Shown piece after piece: positions 53,651-64,000 of a stretch of DNA of 64,000 nt. Both the position numbers and the translations under genes were made by a program. The notes under the pieces were generated by a model. The model saw only the letters and a list, made by a program, of their open reading frames with translations. It was not told the DNA's origin and searched no databases. The stretch comes from Octopus vulgaris (lineage: Eukaryota), in the NCBI GenBank assembly GCA_951406725.2, contig OX597823.1, positions 33,790,001 through 33,854,000 on the forward strand, read 5' to 3'. Each line of letters opens with the position of its first letter. Within the stretch, counting starts at the first letter, position 1.

Positions 53651-54456
53651 GGAGGCCCAAAAGTCAATAGAACATTTCAAAATATAATCCTTTTGTTCAT
53701 TAAATATTCATGTTTATCCTTTTATAAACAAAAAATAAACATTTTCAAAAATATTTTGAATTAGTTTTGAAAATTATGTCCTTTCAAATGGCCATCATTT
53801 CATTCTTGACAATGGTGAGCTCTTTCTAAAAAGTATTGCATCACCATTTGTAATGTTTCTTGGTTTATTCCTCCAATTTCTTCACCTTAAATTGCTCGAT
53901 GGTCCAAAATTTGTTACACCGTATTCTGTCTTTCAGATATCCCTTCAAGAAAAAAGTCTGGAGCCATTAAATCAGGTGAGCATGAAGACCAATTAAATTT
54001 AGAGTTTTTTGATCTGGGCTGCAGGCATTAATTGTACCCACTAATCAGCTGGCTTCAGTTCCTGCACTAATTGTACTTTATATGGGAATAAATTCAGCAT
54101 CCTTTAAATCCTTGGCAGTGAGCTTCAGAATATGTGCAGCTGCTGGGACTTCCCACATGCGGTAAATCAGTCTCAGCCGCCTGTTGTTCATACTGCTGGA
54201 ATAAGTTGAGTATCACTTGTTGAGATGGTGGCTGTCTAACCACAAAATGGCAAATGTTAGCTCTTTACATTCATACAATTGATTGTTGATTTTTGTTGAT
54301 AAAATTTCATTATTTTTACTTGCTACTCTATTGTGAATTTCTCTGATTATTTTCCAAGAATTACATGTCAATAATCTGAAACAAAAAAAAATTGAAAAAA
54401 ATTAATTAAAATGTTATTATAGTTTAAAATGGTGTAGTGACTTTTGGGCCAGCCTC
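53648..54456 (-). mobile_element. Decayed Tc1/mariner-family element
   Basis: TIRs GGCCCAAAAGTCA / TGACTTTTGGGCC; minus strand WSSCSPDLMAPDFF..GYLKDR resembles WPPRSPDL..DFFLWGYLK. Confidence 0.8.
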
Positions 54457-54526
54457 TCTCTCTATATATATATATAAATATGTATATATATATATATATA
54501 TATTCATAATATGTATATATATATTC

Positions 54527-54570
<44 letters not shown>

Positions 54571-54593
54571 TTATATATATATATATATTATAT

Positions 54594-54825
54594 CTCTCTC
54601 TATATAAACGGCAGTTTGTCTGTGCGTGTTTCTGTGTGTCTGTTTGCTTGTACCCTGACCCTGACCACGGCTTTCAACCGATTCTGATGAAACTTGACAC
54701 ACACATAGCCCAATGTCATAATTCAAAACTAATGCAGAGAAAATTTTGAAAAGTTCCCCCAGTTCTGAAAAAAAATTGATAAATTCGACATGGGGTCGAG
54801 AATCAGGAACACAAACCACTTTAGA
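54594..54825 (+). mobile_element. Helitron-like 5' fragment
   Basis: TC-TATATAAA start, GTCT-rich microsatellite, AACCGATTCTGATGAAACTTG motif; no CTAG end seen. Confidence 0.5.
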
Positions 54826-54893
54826 CTATATCCTACATATATCTGTTCATTTTGTACACACCTTTCTTCGTCTTTTGTTTTTTCATAAACTCT

Positions 54894-54938
<45 letters not shown>

Positions 54939-55039
54939 TAATATATTACTATTATTATTAGGAAATCAATATTAGAAAATTCTTCAGAAAGATATGTACG
55001 TGTGAAAATAATTGTTGTATCAAAAATATAAATATGTAT

Positions 55040-56465
55040 AAAAATATATGTAAATATGTATAAGTATAAATATCTAACAAATATGACAGTTTAAAAGTTT
55101 TGAATTGAGTATTTAAAGCATCTTACTATAGTTTCACAGAAGTGCTGTCCATATAATGAAATCCTATATTGATAAGCAGTTATAGACAACTCTTCTGCTC
55201 TTCAGAGATATAAAATTTGAATTTTATATAAATAGAATAAGAACTGCTCGTGTAAAAATAAAAAATTATGTCCTTTAAAAGGCAATTGTAGAAGATTTAA
55301 TGTAATATACAAATGCAGAGTTACTATTATGTCCTTTAAAAGGCAATTGTAGAAGATTTAATGTAATATACAAATGCAGAGTTACATTAATTGATAATTC
55401 ACAAAGTAAAATGTATATATACACTGTATATATTATTATATAAACATAAGAACTTAATAAATTGTCAATTAGAAGCACTTTCAACATGTAGATATAGGTT
55501 TTATAAAACCTTTAAATATTATAGATCTAATAAACATTTAGATTAATAAATATATATAGATATTTCCTTTTTGTGATATCAAATAGATTGATAGATAAAT
55601 TAATTAGAATTATTTGACTATAAGCAAATTTACAAGACATAAATTATAAATTATACATTAAATAAAGATTGAATAGATATTCTTGGAATTAGAACCCGAG
55701 TACATCTAATCTATGACAAATAGACAGTTATAATTGCATTAAGTTTAAAAATCTAAAAATTTTAATTGGCATCTTCCAGTTATAAAAGTAAAAATATAAA
55801 AGAAATATTTTGACCAATTTATAATTTGATAACTTCATATATAATTTAAAATATAATTTTATTTTATATTATTTAAGTATATGAACTATATCTGGATTAC
55901 CAGACAGTATAATGGATTTTATACATAAGTATTATGGATTGCTACAGAAGAATTACCATATATGAATTTCAAGATTCTTATACTAAAGTATATACAAATT
56001 TCACATTTGATATTACTGAAGAGAAGAAGAGTTATTTATAAATGCTTAACAATACAGGATTCCATTATTCTATATAATCTAAGAATATGAACTATATTTG
56101 GAATACAAGACAATATAATAGATTTTACATATGAATATTATGGATTATTACAGAAGACTAACCAAGGAAGTATATATGGATTTAAAGACGCTCATCAAAA
56201 GCAGTAATTTTTAATTTTTAATTTATATTTCAAACAAACACATTTTATAGTATTACTTCAAATTAAAAAAAAAAAACACCATTCAATATATTTTATACAA
56301 AATTCAAATTTTATATCTCTCAATAGCAGAAGAGTTGTCTATAAATGCTTATCAATATAGGATTTCATAATAGGGACAGCACTTCTGAGAAACAATTGTG
56401 AGATGCTTTAAATACTTAATTCAAAACTTTTAAACTGTCATATACATTATATATTTATACTTATA
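55040..56465. mobile_element. AT-rich element with ~190-bp inverted arms bearing hammerheads (55119-55210 minus, intact; 56314-56405 plus, core decayed) and internal tandem duplications
   Basis: UAUCU-CUGAAGA-GCAGAAG..CUUCUGU-GAAA-CUAUAG-UA-AGAUG; 61-bp duplication at 55265-55385; duplication at about 55880-55960 and 56086-56165. Confidence 0.8.
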
Positions 56466-56469
56466 CATG

Positions 56470-57905
56470 TCACTATCAGAACTAGAGGAGAAGTTTCAGG
56501 TGTGGAATCAAGGATTAGAATCGAAGGGCCTTAGAGTCAACCTAGCTAAAACAGAAGTCCTAATAAGTAGGAGGGCAGGCAAACCATAAATCCCTTCAGG
56601 TAGATGGCCCTGCTCGATCTGTAGAAAAAGTGTAGGTAGAAACTCTATAAGATGTACCCAGTGTAACCTATGGACACATAAGAGGTGCAGCAATATCAAA
56701 GGAAGGCTAACTGGGAGGATAGTTTTTGTATGTGGCAGATGCTCAGGAAAAATAAACACTGAAAACGTGCAGAGAACAACTTCCGCCACATTCCAGGGAG
56801 AAAATCTAGAAGTAGTTGATAGCTTCCATTACCTAGGTGACCAAGTCAATAGTTGGGGAGGGTGCTCTGAAAGTGTAGCTGCTAGAATAAGAATAGCCTT
56901 GGCAACGTTCAGAGAGCTCTTACCTCTGCTGGTGACAAAGGGCCTCTCGCTCAGAGTAAAAGGTGAACTGTATGATGCATGTATACGAACAGCCATGCTA
57001 CATGGCAGTGAAACATGGGCCGTGACTGCTGAGGACATGCGTAAGCTTGCAAGGAATGAAGCCAGTATGCTCCGATGGATGTGTAATGTTAGTGTACATA
57101 CTTGACAGAGTGTAAGTACCTTGAGAGAAAAGTTGGACTTAGAAGCATCAGATGTGGTGTGCTAGAGAGTTGACTGCGCTGGTATGGTCATGTGGTGAGA
57201 ATGGATGAAGATAGCTGTGTGAAAAAGTGGCACACCCTACCGGTTAAGGGAACCTGTGGAAGAGGTAGACCCAGGAAGACCTGGGATGAAGTAGTGAAGC
57301 ACGACCTTCGAACATTAGGCCTCACTGAGGCAATGGTCAGTGACTGAGACTTTTGGAAATATGCTGTGCTTGAGAAGACCCGGCAAGACAAGTGCGACCA
57401 TAACCTTGTGGCCTATGCCAGGGGTGTAACCAGCCCACTTACGTGTACCTTCCTTTCATTGGACACTGCTTGTGAAGACCTGTTGAGGCAAGTGAAAGCA
57501 GAATCAAATTCAATGACTGGCATCCGTACTAGTGAAACATTTGAGCATTGGGCCTTACGGAGGCAAGGTAGCTGAGTTCTTTTCAAGTGTTGGGCCTCAC
57601 AGAGGCAATGACCAAGACCTTTGGCATTACATCGTGTTTGAGAAGACCCATCAAGCTGAGCAAAATTGCAGTCGTGGTAGATACTGGTGTCACGCTAATA
57701 GTGCCCATACCAGTGGTATGTAAAAGCACCCATTACACTCTTAGAGTGGTAGGCATTAGGAAGGGCATCCAGCCATAGAAAACTATGTCAAATCAGACTG
57801 GAGTCTGGTGCAGCTTTACAGTTTGCCAGCCCCACTCAAACCGTCCAACCCATGCCAGCATGGACAACAGACGTTAAATGATGATGATGATAATGAGGAT
57901 GATGA
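56470..57905 (+). mobile_element. 5'-truncated RTE-clade LINE with 3' UTR and (ATG)n tail
   Basis: GLRVNLAKT, Cys-rich insert, LEVVDSFHYLGD..AMLHGSETWAV..MLRWMC..WYGHVVRM..RGRPRKTW. Confidence 0.92.
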
Positions 57906-58912
57906 TACACACACACACATTTGTCTATGTTTATAATAGATTAATAAGTCTTCATTACTTCTTGAATAACACTAAAGCACCCTGAAATTCTAATTGACTT
58001 GAGTGCTTCCTGTTTCTTATATTTGGCACCATAAGATGGTAAATCACTCCTCGTAGTCCTCCTTTCTTCCTTATCCCCCCCTCTCTCTCTGCTTTTGTCA
58101 TATAACTGTTCTTTCTCTCTCTTTGCTTATCTTATACTCTCTCTCCTTTTTGTTTGTGTTTCCCTCATTTCTCTCTGCTCATGGTTTGTCCCTCCCTTTC
58201 TTCCCCCTCCCTGCATCCCTCATACCCTACCTCACTCTGTTTCTGTTATATTCACTCTTCCTTCTCTTCTCTGCTCTCATAGCCACTTTCTCTCCCTGAA
58301 ACCTCTCACTACTCATGCTCTCATTCTTTTCTCTTCTCTCATTCCTTGATTATTGCCTCTCTCTCTCTCTCTCTCTCTCTTTCTCCTCATTCCTCTCATT
58401 TACTTCTCACTCTCTCCTAATTTATCATAAACTTACTCCCCTCTCCCCTCTGTTTACTTCTCTTCTTTCCTTCCTTCTCTCTCTGCATCTCCCTCCTCCC
58501 TTTCTGTCTCTACCCACCCATTTCTTCTACACCCTTTCACTCACCCTTTCTCCTCCATCTTCTTCCTAATCATTCTTGTGTTTTTCTCTTTATTTCTTTT
58601 CACTTTGTCTACCTCTCGTCCTAACCTCCATTTTCTCCATCTGCTTTCTCTACTTACAGTTTTTCAAACACACGTGTTATGAAGTAATCCATATAGATGA
58701 AGTGGTTTTTAGTAGCAGTGTTGACTAAATCCAGCATAGTTTTAGATTTAGAATTTTTATAAAGTATTCCTCTTTTTGTAGTTGATTATTTTCTTCCTTT
58801 ATTTTGAAAAGTGGGGATATTTTGAATTTTCCATTTGCACAAAAGTCTAGATTATCATGTTATGGGACATTTCTAAAAGATGAATTTTGTCTTGCTGTTT
58901 ATGAACTCTTAC

Positions 58913-59198
58913 CTGTTGCATATATTTTTATCCTGATTGGCTGATATACTTCTCATGGCACTCTGGGCATCTACTTTTCCATTGTTGTATGAGTCAGACA
59001 AGGGTGTGCCAGAACAGAGTCTTTGATTGATAGATGTTCTTCCAGTCACCAACTCATACATGTTTCTAATTAAGGTAATAAATTCCCGATCTGCCAAATA
59101 ACTTACTGGTCGGACATTTTTAAGTGAAAAATCGGAAACAAGCGACACCAGATGAATATAAGGCTTTTGTTTATAAAGACTACACAACTTGTCAAGAT
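58913..59198 (-). CDS. Internal coding exon of an unidentified host gene (286 nt, phase 1 to phase 2)
   Basis: Acceptor TGTCATTTGCAG, donor CAG|GTAAGA, fully open frame DLDKLCSLYKQKPYIHLVSLVSDFSLKNVRPVSYLADREFITLIRNMYELVTG..KNICNR, stop immediately after the donor, non-repetitive. Confidence 0.65.
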
Positions 59199-59491
59199 CT
59201 GCAAATGACACATTGATTACAAATGTATTGTAATCATGAGTGAACATATGTAAGCAAGGATATACATACTCACACAAATATGCTCTCTCTCTCTCTCACA
59301 CACACACACACTTACAGATACATATGTACACATCCAATGAACTTTCAGTTTTTGTCTTTCAAATTCACTCACAAGGTTTTGTTTGCCCCAAGGCTATATT
59401 ACAAGACACTTGTCCTATATGCCATGCAATTGGACTGAAGCCAAAAGCATATGGTTGAAATTAACACCTAAACACAGCCATGCGTGCACCA

Positions 59492-59547
<56 letters not shown>

Positions 59548-59745
59548 GTGTGTGTGTGTGTGTGTGTGCTGAATGACCAAACGATGTCAGTATTAATCTT
59601 TTCCTGTTAAAACAAATTACATGGTTCTCCACTGCAAAGTTCTGAGAGATACTTCAATTTAATGTTCAGCTGTTTTTTCGTAAAACTCAGCACATAAACA
59701 TGTACATATAAATATTTATATCTGTCTGTCTGTATGTATGTATGT

Positions 59746-59792
<47 letters not shown>

Positions 59793-59948
59793 TTGAAATA
59801 TGTGGAAAACATAAAAAGTGGAAGAGAAATGCTTTCATTTCACATAGTTTAATATCTTTTTATAAAGAAATAAAAAAAATATATATACATAGTTTAATAT
59901 GTATATAAATATATATATATTCACATGTGTGTGTATATTTATACATAA

Positions 59949-60003
<55 letters not shown>

Positions 60004-60134
60004 TTATTTTCATCACCATTATCGTTGACATATATATATATATGTATATAGATATATGCATGCGTGTGTGTATATATATATATGTGTGTATGTATGTATT
60101 TATGCATGTATGTATGCATGTGTGTGTGTGTGTT

Positions 60135-61196
60135 TGTGTGCCCTTCTCTATACATTGGGCAAACAGGATGGCGCTTGACTGACCAGTTCGCGGAACACCT
60201 CCAAGACATCAGACTTGGCAATGACACCCTGGTCTCGCACTATTTCCACTCTGCTGATTACTCTTTGTAATACCTGTCCGTGTTCAGATTGTCCTTGCAC
60301 AGGAGCATTCCAGACTCCTGTTTGCCCTGTGAACAGGGATTAATCTTCTCTCTTTTCTTCTTTGCACCACATGGGCTCAACTCTCCTCCCCTCTTCATCT
60401 AACCTCCTCCCCTTGCCTCTCTTCCCTCACACCTATTTCCTCCCACCCACCTACCCACCTCTCCTCTCTTGCTCTGATTCCTACTTCTCTTCATTCCTAC
60501 TCTCCTTCTCTCTTCTCTTCACTCCTACCAACCTTCTCCTTCCCTCTTCATTGTCACCCCTCCTTCGTAACCCTACCCCACCCCTACACATTATACCCCC
60601 ACCTTCCTATCCACCCTACCCCACCCATTCCTTACACCCACACCTACTTACCCCACCTCCACACCACCCTCAGCCTAACCCACACCCCACCTTTGCTTTC
60701 CCCACTCTCACCTCCCCACCTCCCAATACCATCACACCACACCACACACCACTACACCTTACACCACCATACCACACAACACATCACATTACAACACACC
60801 ACCACGCACACACCAGCACTGACCACTTCCCAGCCCCACATTTTCACACCTTCACACACGCACACACGTCAAGGTCACCAGCCCTCTTCCACATGCACAT
60901 ACATACTCTCTTATACACACACACGTGCGCCTTCGTTTTGAGATCACCATTACTTTCTTATCTCCCCTTCTTCCTAGCTCTCCTGTGTGACCCTTCTGTC
61001 AGGCATTCGTCATGATAGATCACTAGCCACTACACATTCTTTATTTTCTCTCCTTGTTTCTTTCTGTGTTTCTTTCTGTGGAAGTGCGTAGGCTCGAAAC
61101 GTAAAAGACTTTTTCACTTCCTGAGCATTATACTAATACATCTGTTTGTTGTCTACACCACCTGTCTTCGTCTTGTTTTCTTGTGAATTCTTCCCC

Positions 61197-61200
<4 letters not shown>
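60135..61200 (+). mobile_element. Neptune-like PLE 3' end: GIY-YIG remnant, C-rich tract and HHR-like motif (61071-61108); related tail at 30295-30450(-)
   Basis: CPSLYIGQTGWRLTDQFAEHLQDIR..VSHYFHS..EQGLIF..APHGLN; UCUUU-CUGUGGA-A-GUGC GUAG GCUC-GAAA-CG-UA-AAAGA. Confidence 0.82.
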
Positions 61201-61228
<28 letters not shown>

Positions 61229-61379
61229 TGCATGCATTTATGTATGTATGCATTTATGCATGTATGTATGTATGTGTGTGTATATGTATGTATGCATTTA
61301 TGCATCTATATATGTATGTGTGTGTGTATATGTATGATGTATATATGTATGTATGTGTGTATGTATTTCTGCATAATAA

Positions 61380-61540
61380 GAATGCAACATGTTTCAGCTA
61401 AATGGTCAGCATGGTAAAAATTATAGTCACGAGCTTCAGAATTTAATTCTGGTCGACCTTCATTAAATGGCAGCTGATGAAGCCTACAGCTGTGTCTTTT
61501 CACTAAGCTGGCCAATTTGCTGAAACATGGTTCAGCTTTG
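61380..61540 (+). ncRNA. Degenerate hammerhead-like motif with an inverted partial copy
   Basis: CUGAUGA (61474-61480) AGC..CAGCU..AGCUG..GCU GAAA CAUG; 61381-61410 mirrors the 3' half (GAAACAUGUU). Confidence 0.5.
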
Positions 61541-62106
61541 TGATTGATATACATACATGCATACATACACACACACACATGTTTATATGCATACACACAC
61601 ACATACGCATTCAAACGTTTTCTCTCTCTTTCTCTCTCTCCCTAATTATATGTGTGTGAGAAGAGAGAGAAAGAGAGGAACAGAAATAGTGAGTTTGTTA
61701 AATAGATATTTATGTAAGACAAATAAGTTTTTAGAGAGGGTGGGGGTTATATTTTGAGGTTGTTGGCAGAGTAGAAACAAGATGCAGAACGCCTCGATAT
61801 AAGGACTGTTTTCTCTTGGAGCTGCAGGGGCAGGTGTTATTTTGTAATAGTATTTTATATTCATATTATAATATATATAATTGTGTCTGGGGAGAGTCAT
61901 TCTCTTTTAGTGCCTTTTTAATTAACACACTCACTGATTTGATTTCCACTCATTTATTTATATTTTGCTTCTAAAATTTTTGTTGCTTCTTGCAACCTTT
62001 TCAATGGCCATTGACTCTGTCCATTGTTGGGGTTCGTTTTCTATGCTTGTTTGTTTGCATGTGTGTCCGTCAGTATGCATGTGTATACACATATGCATGT
62101 ATTATA

Positions 62107-62700
62107 CAAGGTGCATGAGATATCTGAGGACAGATTTATGTTTATAACAGATAATAACTTTATTTATCAAAATATGCTATGAGCATAAAAATAAACCTTT
62201 TCTATAATGTTATTCAATAAAACCACCTTCAGCTTCAACAACTGCTTCTATATGAGATCTAAATAATCTACATGCTTGAATCAAGTGGTGCTAGTTCACT
62301 TTGGACATTATTCTGACTATGGTAGCTTTCAAAGAATCTATGGTGAAATGGGTGTGTTCATTGACCTCTCTCTCAACAACGCTTCACATGTAATAGCCCA
62401 ATGGATTGAGATCTGGGGAATTAGGAGACCATATGTTAGGGGTTATGTGATCATGAAAATTTTCATCCATTCCTGTGTTAGTAGAGCCATTTGTCATAGT
62501 GCAGTCTTACCGAAACACATATGGCCTTCCATTGCATACACTGTCTATCCAGGACTTAACAATTATTTCCAGGACCTTAATGTGGGTGGCAGAGTTAACT
62601 CTAAGGTCTTGTGGAAAGAAATAAGGAGGCATCACATGCCCTTCATTGCTGACAACCCCTAAAACCATGACAGTTGCAGGAAATTTTGTATGCATAACAC
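62107..62700 (-). mobile_element. maT-like transposase 3' fragment from a different family
   Basis: TKFPATVMVLGVVSNEGHVMPPYFF..VN..VLE..W..GRPYVF; SPNSPDLNPLGY. Confidence 0.85.
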
Positions 62701-62857
62701 TTGGAATTTCAGAAGCAAGAGACCTGCTTGAAGTCCTTTAGGGTGGGAGGAGTGAGGACAGAGGTGAGGGGAAGGGGAAGAGTATTGTCTAATATTAATA
62801 TGAAGGAGACAGAGGGAAACCTGTTCCTTCAAATCTTCAAATCACTTTCAGATAGAA

Positions 62858-62921
<64 letters not shown>

Positions 62922-63001
62922 ATATGTATATATATATATATGTATATATCTATATCTCATCATCATCATTGTTTAACATCCGCTTTCCTTGTTAAACAAT
63001 G

Positions 63002-63035
<34 letters not shown>

Positions 63036-63059
63036 GTATGTATCTATGTATGTATGTAA

Positions 63060-63773
63060 AGTATATTTGCCACTTAAATGTGGCTCACCACTAAGGGTGG
63101 ATGCTATTGTAGCTTGTAACCCCAGGAGAACATCTTCTCCAGCTGGCTATTGACACACTTTCTGTGCCCTATCAGTATTTGCAAAGGGAAGCCACCCTTC
63201 CCATCGTTGACCTGACATGATATGCATGGACCTGGGTTTCTGAGTATTTACCCAACGTCAGCACACAACAATCACTGGTCTTCGATGTGAAGGGGTCCCA
63301 ATGCAAATACATATATCCTTTTTCCAGTGACGAAAAGTCATTGATCTCAAAAAAGTGTAAACAAGGAATAATAAATCTCTGAACGAGGTATAAACAGTAG
63401 CTGCATGACAATGTGAAGTATATTTGCCACATAAATGAGGCTAACCCCTAAGGGGGGATGCTACTGTAGCTTGTAGCCCCAGGAAAGCATCTTCTCCAGC
63501 TGGCTATTGACACACTTTCTGTGCCCTCTGAATATTTGCAAACCTGGTTCCGTGCGTATCACGTCAGGTCAACGATAGGAAGGGTGGCTTCCCTTTGCAA
63601 ATACTGATAGGGCACAGAAAGTCTGTCAATAGCCAGCTGGAGATGATGTTCTCCTGGGGCTACAAGCTACAGTAGCATCCACCCTTAGTGGTTAGCCACA
63701 TTTAAGTAACAAATGTACTTCACATTGTCATGCAGCTACTGTTTATACCTCGTCCAGAGATTTATTATTGCTT
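63060..63773. mobile_element. Tandem-plus-inverted repeat element with PLE pseudo-LTR-like arrangement, in a TA microsatellite
   Basis: 63060-63185 is repeated directly at 63418-63542 and inverted at about 63595-63720. Confidence 0.85.
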
Positions 63774-63806
63774 ATATATATATATATATACACATACATA
63801 CATACA

Positions 63807-63880
<74 letters not shown>

Positions 63881-64000
63881 CATATATATATACGTATATA
63901 TTTTTATACATATATATATATGCATATATATATATACATATATATATACACATAAATATATATATATACATATATATATATATACATATATATATAAATA

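Noticed and set aside
54684-54700. CTGATGA as a hammerhead core (also 16794-16800)
   Set aside because: No properly placed stem II-GAAA-stem III-stem I arrangement
60362-61015. 217-aa Pro/His-rich ORF
   Set aside because: Low-complexity C-rich tract within a PLE tail; stop codons are absent for compositional reasons
63080-63170. HDV-like, twister, pistol or SECIS assignment for the structured cassette
   Set aside because: The required pseudoknot pairings and conserved cores could not be identified by eye; left unclassified

Overview
AT-rich, microsatellite-dense animal genomic DNA, mostly intronic or intergenic. The SINE families and repeat landscape look like an octopus or other coleoid genome, which is my inference and not verified. 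Almost all ORFs in the track are microsatellite artefacts or decayed transposon fragments: RTE, CR1, R4/Dong, Penelope-like elements (PLEs), Tc1/mariner including maT DD37D, Helitron, and hAT and piggyBac MITEs. One well-formed minus-strand exon of an unidentified host gene lies at 58913-59198. The main hidden signal is RNA structure: about 15 minimal type I hammerhead ribozyme (HHR) motifs sit in short fold-back or inverted elements. They include (i) a multi-copy element made of a tRNA-like Pol III head, an (AAT)n tract and an HHR, (ii) compensated catalytic-core variants G3:C8 and U3:A8, and (iii) family-specific palindromic stem III sequences. A second set of fold-back elements lacks HHRs but shares another conserved motif, GCTAGAAA-TAG-hairpin-CTA..CAC, a candidate undescribed structured RNA. 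A textbook Rev-DR2 nuclear-receptor site lies at about 25198-25215. All motifs were found and folded by eye, and repeat boundaries are approximate.
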